A stretch of 64,000 nucleotides of DNA, taken from NCBI GenBank assembly GCA_963737155.1, contig CAVTRN010000001.1:224001-288000 (forward strand), in the 5' to 3' direction. Position numbers and translations under genes: made by a program. The notes under the pieces were generated by a model. It saw only the letters and a program-made list of their open reading frames with translations, ran no database searches and was not told the origin of the DNA. Below are positions 18,509 to 29,226 of this stretch, one piece after another. Position 1 is the stretch's first letter. Each line of letters begins with the position of its first letter. Source of the stretch: Nitrospirota bacterium. GTDB lineage: Bacteria > Nitrospirota > UBA9217.

Positions 18509-21052
18509 TTAATTCATAACCAAATAACTCAATGCCGTTTGCCTGTTCCGATTGTCAATTTGTTTCACGGCCATTGACAGAGCTTTTCTGCTGCCGACGA
18601 AGACGCACAATTGCTTGGCTCTGGTTAATCCCGTATATATTAAATTTCGAAAAAGCATTTTGAAATGTTGAGTGGCAACGGGAATAATCACGGCATCAAA
18701 CTCACTGCCCTGCGATTTATGAATTGTAATGGCATAAGCAAGAGATATCTCCGTTAAATCTTCACGTTCATAGGCAATCGTCTGCTTCCCAAACTGAATC
18801 AGACAGGAGTAATTTTCCAGATCGATCTGCCTTATCCTGCCGATATCCCCATTGAACACACCCAGGTCATAGTTATTGCGGGTCTGAATAACCCTATCAC
18901 CCTCTCGATAGACCCGCTCACCAAGTTGAATTTGCTTCTTTCCCTGATGCTCAGGATTAACGGCTTGCTGAATGGATTGGTTCAGATTAAGCGTTCCAAG
19001 ACTACCCCTGACTTGTGGAGATAGAATTTGAATCTCAATATCCTTGCCGAAGTATTCAGGAATCGTCTTGGTATATAATCGTAGAACCATATCAAGCCCC
19101 GTCATACCATGATGAATGGCAGACCACGGATGAATTGACTTGATAAGGGACTTTAATTCCGCAATAGCCCCTTGTGCCTCATGGACTTTAAGCAAATCAA
19201 CATGTTTGAACTTTTCAGGAATGTTAAAAATCGGAGCGTGGATTTCCGATGTGTCCTTGAATTCCTGTACAAGCAAACTTTCAATCAATAGTGTATCTTC
19301 TTCCCGCTTCATAACCCCCGTCAATTTATTGCCCGATTGAACTACCTGCTCCTCTCCGGTTGTAACAACCTGTTTAATAGCGGCCTTTGCCCTGCCCAGG
19401 AAATGCAATTGTTCCTGCGTTGCTTCATCAGCATCAATAAATAAACATCCCGCCTTGTTTTTCCATAATTCTGGTTTATGGAATGGAGATTCAATCTTTG
19501 GAACCTGACCTTTGTTAATTTGGTGGGCAAAGCGGACAATGATTGATTCTTCAGCCTGACGGAAAACTTTAGTAAGTCTGAAGTTCGGCACACGGCTTGC
19601 CTGTAATAAGTCATGCAGAACATTACCGGCGCCTACAGAGGGTAATTGGTCTGGGTCGCCAATAAACAGTACCTGCGCATTCTGAGGTACAGCTTTAAGG
19701 AGTGCAGCGGCAAGATTAATATCAAGCATGGAACATTCATCAATAATCAGGAAATCAAGTTGTAACTGGTCATCTTCGCCCTTCTTAAATCCATTTTTAC
19801 CAGGAGTCCATTCGAGCAAACGATGGATCGTCTTTGCCTCAAACTCTATGACTTCACTCATGCGTTGGGATGCTCTGCCTGTAGGTGCGGCAAGAACGAC
19901 TCTCTTGTTCATTGCCTGAAGAAGTTTAACAAGAACCTTTGTGCAGGTTGTCTTTCCGACCCCCGGCCCGCCAGTCAATATTGAAAATGATTTGCTTGCA
20001 ATACCAGCAACCGATGCTTGTTGTTCATCGGAAAGAATAATACTTTGCTTTTGACAATACCGTTCAAGCCAACTATTTATTCTGCTTGCATCGGCATTAA
20101 CGGTCTGATTAATCCATTGCTTAACTCTCTTGGATACATATTGTTCATCAAAGTAAATGGAATTCGAATAATATGCTGAAACTTCCTGGCCATTTTCATC
20201 CGGCAATCCCCTTTTCTTTATCTCATTGGCAATAATCAGGGATTGAAGTATGCCCGTTATCTGTTCCTGTGTCCCCGTTTCGAGCAAATCTTGAGTGTTC
20301 TTGATAATTTGGGATTCAAGCAAATAACAATGACCATTATCACGAGCCGCTGCCAATACATGCTTTATCCCTGCTTCCATGCGTGGAACCCCATCTTTTT
20401 CAAAACCCATATTTAAAGCTATCTTGTCGGCAGAGAAAAAACCTATACCATAAATGTCCCTTGCCAATTGATATGGATTACTGGAAACCTTGTTGATCGC
20501 ACCATTACCATAAGTTTTATATATTTTCACAGCGAATAAGGTACTGATACCGTAACCTTGTAGGAAAATCATTACATCCCTGATTGCCCTATGTTCCTGC
20601 CAGCTATTTTTAATGTCCAAGAGTTTCTTTTCGGCAATTCCGGGAACCTTTAATAGCTCCTCTATATTGTCCTCAAAAACCTGTAGCGTCTGATCTTTGA
20701 AGAAATTTACAATTTTGTGAGCAGTCTTCGGGCCAACATTCTTTATTAAACCTGAACCAAGATATTTTTCAAGTGCGGCACTAGATGCCGGTTTTTTCTC
20801 AATTGCATGTTCCGCCTTGAACTGCTCACCGTGCTTCTGGTGGTAAGTCCAAGTACCGTAGAATTCCATTGAACTACCTGCAAAAACTTTTGCTTGATGA
20901 ATAATCACGGCTACGAGTTTATGAGGTTCATCGAAGGGACTGACTTTCAGGACTGACCAGCCATTTTCAGCATTGTGGAAGGTGACTCTTTCCACGATTC
21001 CGGAAAGGCAAACAAGATTATCGGACGGTTGCGGGTGGGGAGCTGTTTTCAT
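18509..21052 (-). CDS. recD2: RecD2-like SF1B DNA helicase
   Basis: VERVTFHN N-terminus, YLGSGLIKNVGPKTA HhH region, Walker A TGGPGVGKTT, IIDECSMLD, GDPDQLPSVG, YAITIHKSQGSEF, YTGLTRAK. Confidence 0.93.
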   Translation of the reverse strand: MKTAPHPQPSDNLVCLSGIVERVTFHNAENGWSVLKVSPFDEPHKLVAVIIHQAKVFAGSSMEFYGTWTYHQKHGEQFKAEHAIEKKPASSAALEKYLGSGLIKNVGPKTAHKIVNFFKDQTLQVFEDNIEELLKVPGIAEKKLLDIKNSWQEHRAIRDVMIFLQGYGISTLFAVKIYKTYGNGAINKVSSNPYQLARDIYGIGFFSADKIALNMGFEKDGVPRMEAGIKHVLAAARDNGHCYLLESQIIKNTQDLLETGTQEQITGILQSLIIANEIKKRGLPDENGQEVSAYYSNSIYFDEQYVSKRVKQWINQTVNADASRINSWLERYCQKQSIILSDEQQASVAGIASKSFSILTGGPGVGKTTCTKVLVKLLQAMNKRVVLAAPTGRASQRMSEVIEFEAKTIHRLLEWTPGKNGFKKGEDDQLQLDFLIIDECSMLDINLAAALLKAVPQNAQVLFIGDPDQLPSVGAGNVLHDLLQASRVPNFRLTKVFRQAEESIIVRFAHQINKGQVPKIESPFHKPELWKNKAGCLFIDADEATQEQLHFLGRAKAAIKQVVTTGEEQVVQSGNKLTGVMKREEDTLLIESLLVQEFKDTSEIHAPIFNIPEKFKHVDLLKVHEAQGAIAELKSLIKSIHPWSAIHHGMTGLDMVLRLYTKTIPEYFGKDIEIQILSPQVRGSLGTLNLNQSIQQAVNPEHQGKKQIQLGERVYREGDRVIQTRNNYDLGVFNGDIGRIRQIDLENYSCLIQFGKQTIAYEREDLTEISLAYAITIHKSQGSEFDAVIIPVATQHFKMLFRNLIYTGLTRAKQLCVFVGSRKALSMAVKQIDNRNRQTALSYLVMN

Positions 21053-21289
21053 GCTGTGTTGATTATACAGGATTCGGGTATTCAGGTAAACCATAAGCGC
21101 TGGTTTGGAATAATACTCTACATCATTTCACAACGGTCTACTTGCACTGATTTTGACATCCTTCCCGGCCCAAAGACCAAGGATTCCCGAAATCAGGCTC
21201 TGCAACTACTGAGAACCCTGCAGATCCTGTTTGCAGACGCGGCAGAGATGTTTGCCGCGTTCTATATCGGCAGAACATGAGGTTGGAAT

Positions 21290-21423
21290 GAGCAGTTTCC
21301 TCACTGAAGAAGGAGATTCGCGGTTCGGAGAAACATCTGATCGTCGGTATTGATGCTGCGAAAGTGAAGCACAATGCGTTCTTCGGTACAGCGCGGGACA
21401 GGACACTGGTGAAGAATTTGGTC
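21290..21423 (+). mobile_element. IS110-family transposase N-terminal remnant
   Basis: LKKEIRGSEKHLIVGIDAAKVKHNAFFGT contains the first DEDD motif VGIDxAKxxH. Confidence 0.7.
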
Positions 21424-21643
21424 CGCCTGCAAGCACTCGATACTTTGGCGAATCTTCTGGCCCGGGATGTGAAGCCATGACTATGATTGCCTCAAAGTGT
21501 TCTTCCGCGCTGGTAGTTGCTCATTTATTATTTCTCTCTTTTCATCCAGAATATGGGTTATACCATTAATCCAAGTTTCTGCCATTTCCAAATTTTCCGT
21601 CAGGTCCCCATCGATATTCTTGCTATCAGAAAATATGTCAGTA

Positions 21644-22651
21644 TTACTTCCCAACTACAAGTACCGCAAAGCTATCCTTAATCATGATTGGTCTTGGCTT
21701 TGGATCTTCTGTCGTCGGTTGAGGAGCCGGAGCAAACGCGGCTACTGGCATATATATTTTTTGGGTCTTTGTATCTAGTGCCATCGTTCGCGCACTCTGT
21801 TGGGTTGGCACCGTCTCAGCATCAAATTTTCCCGGTGATGCTTCTCGGACTACCGTGAGCGTTCCTTCGCCATTTGAACTGAAGGCAAGCCCAGTCTCTG
21901 CATCAAAAACATTCGCATCAACGCCTGCCCCAATAGGGACGGTGGCAATTACTTTACCTGAATCCACGTCCATGATTGCCATTATCTTATTATGGCATCC
22001 TGAAAATGTCCGGTGATGTTCAATATCAATTGCCATGCCCGATGGTCCTTCGCAGGGTTTTAAAGAATACCTTTTGGTTATCCCGAGCTTTTTGCTGTCC
22101 AGTTCGACAATCTCGTTTGTGTCCTCGATATTTACAAAAACTCTGCCCTTATTATCAGTTGTTGCAAATTCCGGCTTGCCGCCAAGAGCAATCGTTTCCA
22201 GAACTTTGCCGGAAAGTGCATTAAAAATGGTGGCATCTTTGCTTTTCCCGTTAAAGGCGAATACCCGGAGGTAAAAAGGCTCATAGAGAATGGCATCTGG
22301 GTTCCCTCCAGTTTTAACTTGCTTGATTACCTCCAGGGTGTCTAAGTCGAATATGGAGACAGTATTTGCCTTACCATTGCTGATAAAGCCACACCTCAGT
22401 TCGGGAGCAATTGCTATTCCATGGACTCCCGGCGTGTCGGGGATATCACCAACCACCTGATCAGTCACAGTGTCGATAACCATAACATGGGTGCTACGGG
22501 AAAGGTACAGACGATGGGCAGCACTATCGACAGTCAAGTAATCCCAACCACCTTCACCTCCTAACGGGAGTTTATTAACGACGTGATAACCTGAAGCTGC
22601 TTGTGCTGTTGCATTGATGAGAAGGAAAACGGTTACAATAAGCGATTTCAT
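21644..22651 (-). CDS. YncE/YVTN-like secreted beta-propeller, copy 2
   Basis: 335 aa, colinear with and highly similar to 15542-16549; SD-like AAGGAAAGGA. Confidence 0.9.
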   Translation of the reverse strand: MKSLIVTVFLLINATAQAASGYHVVNKLPLGGEGGWDYLTVDSAAHRLYLSRSTHVMVIDTVTDQVVGDIPDTPGVHGIAIAPELRCGFISNGKANTVSIFDLDTLEVIKQVKTGGNPDAILYEPFYLRVFAFNGKSKDATIFNALSGKVLETIALGGKPEFATTDNKGRVFVNIEDTNEIVELDSKKLGITKRYSLKPCEGPSGMAIDIEHHRTFSGCHNKIMAIMDVDSGKVIATVPIGAGVDANVFDAETGLAFSSNGEGTLTVVREASPGKFDAETVPTQQSARTMALDTKTQKIYMPVAAFAPAPQPTTEDPKPRPIMIKDSFAVLVVGK

Positions 22652-23216
22652 GACAATCCTTTCCTTGCAGAAGCATATTATTATGACACTTGATATCTAT
22701 AAAAGCCTAATATTCATACTTTGCGAAGCAATATAACACAGAAGATTGCTTATGGAACATCTTAATTGAAAACAGCAGGCAGGCTCGCTCTTTTAATCGA
22801 TTTAATGTCCCGCTGCAATTCCTAGAAGTTATTACTTCAAAATGAGTTCTGAACGTGCTGTTGAGAATGAAATCGAAACGAACGAGTTTCTTCGGAACCG
22901 CGATATTTGGCATGGCCATGAAATAGAGGTTTTGCCGTACAATCCATCCGGATGTTAAACTCACTTTTGAGAAAGTCAAATCTTACCCGCACATGGGAAA
23001 CAGCCCAACCTTGAGGGGCTGGATTGTCTTAATAAATTAGCGAATGTAAAATTGGCATTTCCACCCGTAAAAACAACAAGAACAGAATATACCACGCTTG
23101 CCCTTTTTTGGCCATATCAGGGATTCCAGGAGGGCGATGCCCACAGAGGCGTCCCGAAAACCTAAGAAGGCGTTCTACAGACTTAAAAGGATCACCACCC
23201 TTTTCAATGCGGATCC

Positions 23217-25064
23217 TTATCTTCTTTGTTTCTTTGCCAGCATCTCAGTCTCATGAAGCAGTTTTTCCACTTCACCCAGCCCGATGTCCCAGAAGTGCTT
23301 GTTCCCGATATCGATCCCCAGTTTTTTGAAGATGTTTTTTGGAGATTCCGAGAGGCCTGCGGAAAGGAACTCCTTTACCTTGATGATAAATGCCGGGTCT
23401 TTTTTCACCGAATTCTGGAGCGACTTGGAAATCAAGAGGCCGCTCGCATAGGAATAGACGTAGAAAAAATACCGGATATGGCTCCAATAAATCCACCAGT
23501 TCTCCGAGCCTGCCGACTGCTCGACTGCTTTGCCCATGTAGGATGCCATGTGCTTTTGAAACAGTTTCCCGATATCGCCTTTTGAAAGATACCCCTTTGC
23601 GCGGAAGGCCGCATGCAGCTCCTGCTCGAACCGGTAGCAAGCCACCTGTCTGAAGATCGACGAAACGTCATCATTGAGCTTTTGCATCATCATCGCCAGC
23701 CTCAGTTCATCGTTTGCCGAACGGAGAATCTCCTCAAGCACGAAGTCTTCCATGAAGGTGCTTGCCACCTCGGCCGTCGATGTCGGCGTGCCGAAGTCGA
23801 GGGCGTGCTGCTTCTCCCGGATCAGTTCATTGTTGACGCCGTGGCCAAGTTCATGGGCGATGGTCAGAACGTCGTGTAGTTTGCCTGCATGGTTCAGCAG
23901 TATATAGGTGGGCTGAGAAATAAGGTGATGGATGCAGAATGCGCCGCTCTCCTTACCCTTGCGAGGATAGACGTCGATTTGCCCGTTTTTGATGAACCCG
24001 GCAAAGATGTCACCGAACTGCTTGTCGAGCCCGTTCATCACTCCGTAGACGAGGTTCACGGCCTTCGCATAGGGGTATCTCCTGGAGACGTCGCCGTATT
24101 CGACGTTCCGGTCATGGTACTCGAGGCGCTTGACCCCGATCAGCTTTGCCTTCAGCGCGTAAAATCGGGAAGGGATGTCGAAGCGTGCAGCCACCGAGCT
24201 AATGAGCGTATCCACAACCTCGCTGTCGATGTCGTCGGCAAGATGCCTGAGTGCATCGGGCCGGGGCGTGCCGCGCAGCTCGTCATCGGTCTTCTTGTTC
24301 GCAAGCACTGAGTTCAACTCCGCCTCAGCGACCTCGGCGTTCTTCTGCAAGATGTCGTTGAAGGCCCTCGCCGCTGTGTCGCGTACGCGCTTGTCCTTGC
24401 TGTTCATCAAAGCGATGATCTCTGTGAATGGCTTTACTCTCCTGACGCCATTCTCGGTAATGACGGAACGCTCTTCCTTTGAAAGAAACCCTGATGTCAT
24501 TTTCGTCCAGTTTGCATATGATGTGGCTGATTTAAGATTTAATATTTTTTCCTCGGCTTCGCTCAAATGATAGCGTGATTCCGCGAATATCCGCTGCAGG
24601 AAATGCCGGTACTTCGCGAGTCCGTCGTAGACCAGAAATTTCTGCTGTATCTCCGGTTTGATCCTCGCAATGCGGAGGTAAAAAAACTGAATGTCATTTT
24701 CAATCTTCTTGCTGAATTCCTCGATCTTATTGAATTTTGCCTTGAGTTTCGGATCGTTCTGGTCCTGCTGGGTACGAAGCCAGAAATAGAACCCCTCGTT
24801 TCCATCGGATCCGTACAGGCGCTTCCATGATTCGTATTGGTCAAGAGCCCGCCGCAGGATCGCTGGGTCATCGAGATAATCCGACCGGTCCTTCCAGGTG
24901 TCGATGAACTCATAACTTTTCCGCTCGATGAGGACTCTCTGTTTGGCCATCAACGGATCACTGTCGCCGATGAACAGCGGCTGGAGCTTCCAGACGGTAT
25001 GAGGGATCGAAAGTGTCTTTTCCTGTGTCTTGCCTTTTGTCGCTGCTTTTCCTGTTGGTTTCAT
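23217..25064 (-). CDS. pepF: M3-family oligoendopeptidase F
   Basis: GKESGAFC, zinc motif AHELGHG, AEVASTFME, YVYSYA; SD AAGGAG before ATG 25064. Confidence 0.9.
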   Translation of the reverse strand: MKPTGKAATKGKTQEKTLSIPHTVWKLQPLFIGDSDPLMAKQRVLIERKSYEFIDTWKDRSDYLDDPAILRRALDQYESWKRLYGSDGNEGFYFWLRTQQDQNDPKLKAKFNKIEEFSKKIENDIQFFYLRIARIKPEIQQKFLVYDGLAKYRHFLQRIFAESRYHLSEAEEKILNLKSATSYANWTKMTSGFLSKEERSVITENGVRRVKPFTEIIALMNSKDKRVRDTAARAFNDILQKNAEVAEAELNSVLANKKTDDELRGTPRPDALRHLADDIDSEVVDTLISSVAARFDIPSRFYALKAKLIGVKRLEYHDRNVEYGDVSRRYPYAKAVNLVYGVMNGLDKQFGDIFAGFIKNGQIDVYPRKGKESGAFCIHHLISQPTYILLNHAGKLHDVLTIAHELGHGVNNELIREKQHALDFGTPTSTAEVASTFMEDFVLEEILRSANDELRLAMMMQKLNDDVSSIFRQVACYRFEQELHAAFRAKGYLSKGDIGKLFQKHMASYMGKAVEQSAGSENWWIYWSHIRYFFYVYSYASGLLISKSLQNSVKKDPAFIIKVKEFLSAGLSESPKNIFKKLGIDIGNKHFWDIGLGEVEKLLHETEMLAKKQRR

Positions 25065-25200
25065 TCCTGCTCCTTCACGAATCATTGATCCGCTTCTTTA
25101 TGCCAAGTATACTAAAAAAACGCGCACACTACGCAGCGAAGGTGAACTTACCGCGGCCTAGGAAGGATGCCCCCTCAATTATCACATGCTAAATTAATTC

Positions 25201-25342
25201 TTGACATCCTCCGTTCTGTGTGAGAAAATCGTCCTGAAGTTCGGAAGTCTTTGTTGCAAAGAGGTCGCAAAGATTTACGCTTTGCGGCTTTTTTTGTGAC
25301 ATTTCCGCATCTTCAATATCCATAGAAGGAGGTTGAACCTGA
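25201..25342 (+). promoter_or_regulatory. Promoter and long structured 5' leader of the cold-shock gene
   Basis: TTGACA-17 bp-GAAAAT; leader hairpin gtcgcaaag/ctttgcggc followed by T7. Confidence 0.6.
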
Positions 25343-25543
25343 ATGGCTAAAGGAACCGTAAAGTGGTTCAATGATTCCAAGGGATTTGGATTCATTACCA
25401 AAGAAGACGGCGGAGATGTTTTCGTCCACTTTTCCGACATCCAGGACAGCGGCTTTAAGTCGCTGGCTGAAGGTCAAAACGTGACGTTCGACGTTGTTGA
25501 CAGCCCAAAGGGCCCCAAAGCAGCAAATGTCGTAAAATTCTAA
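25343..25543 (+). CDS. cspA: Cold-shock protein (CspA family)
   Basis: GTVKWFN, KGFGFI (RNP1), VFVHF (RNP2); SD AGGAGG. Confidence 0.97.
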   Translation: MAKGTVKWFNDSKGFGFITKEDGGDVFVHFSDIQDSGFKSLAEGQNVTFDVVDSPKGPKAANVVKF

Positions 25544-25556
25544 ACACCTAACCTTT

Positions 25557-25598
25557 AAAGGCAGGCCTCTAGAAAACGGAGGACTGCCTTTCTTTTTT
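25557..25598. terminator. Terminator between convergent csp and tpx
   Basis: aaaggcag-gcctc...gagga-ctgccttt followed by a T-run. Confidence 0.7.
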
Positions 25599-25619
25599 CA
25601 CAATTCTCCTGCCCCTCGT

Positions 25620-26150
25620 TTATGCGGCCTTTTCCCTCCCCGTGATCTCTTGCAGCGCCCGCAATGCCATCTCATAGTCTGGGTGGTTCGACTGCTCCGC
25701 AACGATCTCCTTGTATCTGACGATGTCGTTCTTATCAATGATAAAAATGGATCGCGCCAGAAGTCGCAGCTCCTTGATCAGCACGCCGTATGCCGTACCG
25801 AAAGCCGCATCCCGATGGTCGGAAAGAGCCTTCGCCTTGTCAATCTCGGCGGTCGCGCAGAAACGCGCAATCGCAAAGGGCAGATCCATGCTGACGTTCA
25901 GCACTACGACGTCATGGGGCAGGGAAGCCGCCTCGCTATTGAACCGCCTGAGTTGAAGATCACACACCGGCGTGTCGAGCGATGGTGTTACGCTGATGAT
26001 TTTCGTCTTTCCTGAAAAATCCTCCAGCCTGACTTCGGCAAGCGTTGCGTCAAGTACCGCGAAATCCGGGGCACGATCCCCGATCTTGATATCGGGACCA
26101 ACAATGGTAAGCGGTTTTCCTTTCATTTTTATGATCTCTTTTCGCTCCAT
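25620..26150 (-). CDS. tpx: Thiol peroxidase
   Basis: PSLDTPVC, SMDLPFAIARFC, LLARSIFIID. Confidence 0.95.
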   Translation of the reverse strand: MERKEIIKMKGKPLTIVGPDIKIGDRAPDFAVLDATLAEVRLEDFSGKTKIISVTPSLDTPVCDLQLRRFNSEAASLPHDVVVLNVSMDLPFAIARFCATAEIDKAKALSDHRDAAFGTAYGVLIKELRLLARSIFIIDKNDIVRYKEIVAEQSNHPDYEMALRALQEITGREKAA

Positions 26151-26390
26151 ATTGATGCTCCTTTCATGAAAAGCGGTTCAATCGATGGCTTTTTTATCGC
26201 CGGCGCAATAACGACTGTAATTCACTAACTCCTATCCTAGAAAAAAGATAGAGCACCTCGGCAGCTTTGTCAAGTAGTGATCCGAAGCGCAACGCAAAGG
26301 TCGCAGAACCGCTGCATAACCGGCTTTTCGCTCCACGGGGGGAATCTTTTTTGTTTTTTCCTCTCATGCTACTATGGTATAATCATGTGC

Positions 26391-27926
26391 ATGATAAGCG
26401 AGATAATGCCCCTCGACCAGGTACTGCAGAAGCGTGCAGCCATCTCATCCCGTGCCATATTCGTCAAGTTCGAAGGGAAGAAATACACCTATAAAGAAAT
26501 GGACCGACTGTCCACAGTTTTCGCAGCGGAGCTGGTCCGGAGGGGCATGAAACCGGGCGATCGGGTGGCCCTTCTCTGCCATAATTGCCCGTACTTCATT
26601 GCAGCCTATTTCGGTATCGTACGGGGAGGTGGCATCGCGCTGCCGCTCAACAACCTCCTGACCGCCGAGGAAATCGATTTTATCCTAAGCGACGCCGGCG
26701 TGACGATCTGTCTGTATGATGCCGACTCCGCCTGCACGGCAGAGAAGCTGACTCGCGTCGACGGCCGGTCCGATCTGATCATAAGCCAAGTGGCGCACGC
26801 GGACCTTTCCGGGGAAGCATTCCAATCGCCGCCGCACACGGCTGATGATATCGCGACTATCTACTATACGTCAGGGACCACAGGGCGGCCCAAGGGCGCC
26901 CTCCTCTCGCACCGGAACGTCCTTACGAATGCCATAGCCGCAACGGAAGTGATCGGCGTAACCCACAAGGACCGGTTCATCTTGTTCCTGCCGCTGTTTC
27001 ATTCTTTTACCTATACGGTCTGCGTTGTCCTCCCGCTCGTCACCGGCGCGATGATATCGCTTCTTCCTTCGGTAAAGCCCTTCTCTCGTGTTGTAAAAAA
27101 GCTGATTGTCGACCGGATCACCCTGTTCGTCGCCATACCGACGGTCTATAAGATTCTGGCAGAGAAGAACATGCCCTTCTTCGTAAAGCCCCTGCTCAAT
27201 CTCCGGCTCTGCGTTTCTGGCGCGGCACCGCTGCCGGTAAAAGTGATCCATGCGTTCGAGAGCGCTTTCAAGGTACCCCTTCTCGAAGGATATGGTTTGA
27301 CCGAGGCCTCTCCTGTGGTATCCATTAACCCCTTGGAAAAAAGCAAAAGGAAACCAGGCACTGTGGGGCTTCCTCTCCCGGGCGTAGAAGTCAAGGTTGT
27401 TGACGACAGCGGTTACCAACTTCCTCCGGGTATTGCCGGGGAATTGCTGGTAAAGGGTCCGAATGTTATGCAGGGTTATCTGAACAATCCCGAGGCAACG
27501 GCGAAAACCCTCAAGAACGGATGGCTCTACACGGGCGACGTAGCGTCTATCGACCAGTCGGGGCACATAAGAATCATCGACCGCAAAAAAGACATGATCA
27601 TCGTTGACGGGCTCAACGTTTATCCTTCCGAGGTTGAAGAAGTGCTCTACCGGCATGAGGCGGTCAAGGACTGCTCAATGATCGGCATGCCCCATGAAAT
27701 CGAAGAGGGCAAGGAACTGGCCATTATGTACGTGGTGCTGAAGGAAGGCAAACAGGTCGCGCCCAGGGAGCTCCGAGAATATCTCACCGCGCATGTGGCC
27801 CACTACAAAATCCCGCGGCGGTTCATCTTCACCGATGACCTCCCGAGGACCGGGACGGGTAAAATCATGAAAAAAGAGCTCCGGAAGTTCTATCGTCAAA
27901 AAGAAATGACACACCCCTCGCCCTAG
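26391..27926 (+). CDS. Long-chain-fatty-acid--CoA ligase
   Basis: YTSGTTGRPKG, EGYGLTEASP, WLYTGD, DRKKDMII, PRTGTGKI. Start uncertain (26385-26406). Confidence 0.92.
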   Translation: MISEIMPLDQVLQKRAAISSRAIFVKFEGKKYTYKEMDRLSTVFAAELVRRGMKPGDRVALLCHNCPYFIAAYFGIVRGGGIALPLNNLLTAEEIDFILSDAGVTICLYDADSACTAEKLTRVDGRSDLIISQVAHADLSGEAFQSPPHTADDIATIYYTSGTTGRPKGALLSHRNVLTNAIAATEVIGVTHKDRFILFLPLFHSFTYTVCVVLPLVTGAMISLLPSVKPFSRVVKKLIVDRITLFVAIPTVYKILAEKNMPFFVKPLLNLRLCVSGAAPLPVKVIHAFESAFKVPLLEGYGLTEASPVVSINPLEKSKRKPGTVGLPLPGVEVKVVDDSGYQLPPGIAGELLVKGPNVMQGYLNNPEATAKTLKNGWLYTGDVASIDQSGHIRIIDRKKDMIIVDGLNVYPSEVEEVLYRHEAVKDCSMIGMPHEIEEGKELAIMYVVLKEGKQVAPRELREYLTAHVAHYKIPRRFIFTDDLPRTGTGKIMKKELRKFYRQKEMTHPSP

Positions 27927-27950
27927 CAGATGCGCTCGCGCAGGTCCATA

Positions 27951-28763
27951 ATGGCCATTGACCGTCTGATCCAGGCCCCACCCCGTTCGAGCGCTTTTGG
28001 CATCGTCATTATTATCATTGACGTCGTCCTTCTCTCCATCATTCCTTTTTCGTTGACCATCAGTGCCTGGACGGTAACGACCTCGCTCGCGCTTGTCACA
28101 GCCGCGGTGGTTGCACGAGACCTTCAGTCGTTGCATCTTTCAATCTTCACAGGAGTGCTCATCGCCGCGCCCTATCTCTATCCGCATTTGCGCGCATGGC
28201 CTTTCGCCCTCCTCATTCCGATTTTTTGCTACGGTATCATCGTTCTGATAGTGCCGGGCCTCAGGACATCGGTCCTCTGGATCCGGAGAGGCGCTCTGGA
28301 TAAAAATGCAGCCATTGCTGCCACCATAATTTCCATAACAGCCGGAATTGCCCTCGTCCTCTGGTTTATAATACTCAAACCCGACTTGTCTGTACAGCTG
28401 AGCCACATGCCCAACATGCCAATCTGGCTTTTTCCAGTCGCTGGCGTTATCTTTGCATCTGGCAATGCGGCGATGGAGGAATTCGCATTTCGAGGAATAA
28501 TCATGCAAGCTCTCGACAGCGCTGGGGGCACGGGGATCATCTCCGTCCTCGTCCAAGCGTGGCTCTTCGGCGCTATGCATTATCTGCAGGGTTTTCCGAA
28601 AGGGGCGGAGGGCGTCATCATGACCATTGCCTACGGAATCATGCTCGGCTGGCTTCGACAGCATAGCCGGGGCATGCTCGCGCCTTGGATAAGCCATCTG
28701 TGCGCGGATATGGTTATCTTTACCATTCTTGCGTGGATTATGCTCTCAAAAGCCGGTCAATAA
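27951..28763 (+). CDS. CPBP (CAAX/Abi) intramembrane metalloprotease
   Basis: EEFAFRG, FGAMH and HLCAD motifs; multiple TMs. Confidence 0.9.
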   Translation: MAIDRLIQAPPRSSAFGIVIIIIDVVLLSIIPFSLTISAWTVTTSLALVTAAVVARDLQSLHLSIFTGVLIAAPYLYPHLRAWPFALLIPIFCYGIIVLIVPGLRTSVLWIRRGALDKNAAIAATIISITAGIALVLWFIILKPDLSVQLSHMPNMPIWLFPVAGVIFASGNAAMEEFAFRGIIMQALDSAGGTGIISVLVQAWLFGAMHYLQGFPKGAEGVIMTIAYGIMLGWLRQHSRGMLAPWISHLCADMVIFTILAWIMLSKAGQ

Positions 28764-29226
28764 ACCACATTTATTTGCATTACCATACAGTCCTCAAACC
28801 ATAGCGTTTAATCCCCGCCAGCTATGGCGACAGCCGAACAGTGCTGCTACCGGTTAAGATCGAGGCAGCTCTGCAGAGAAGAAAAGTCTTGCAGTCAAAC
28901 CCGCGTATCTCGGAGTGATCAAACGCCGCAATAGTCGGCCCCATCCCTTCTTATGCTCACGAGCAAGTTGACCATTTAACCCTTGAAACAAGAAGGGACG
29001 AAGAGCTGTTTTTTCTTTTGGCGCCGTCATCCATTTCAGGATCATGCCGAATCATTATCGACGCCGAAAGTATCAAGGCCGCAGGTTTATTTCGGTGTAA
29101 TGACAGGATCGCGGAGGAGGAGGGAATGTGGATAGTCGAAGAACGTCAAGCCGCTAGAACAGATTCCAACAGGCGTATAATATAAGAAGAGGAGAGGATT
29201 ACTGTTTTAAAGAAAGGGGCCAGTCA

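Noticed and set aside
26260-26345. c-di-GMP-I riboswitch (contains acgcaaag)
   Set aside because: Lacks the GAAA tetraloop stem and the second-stem receptor architecture.
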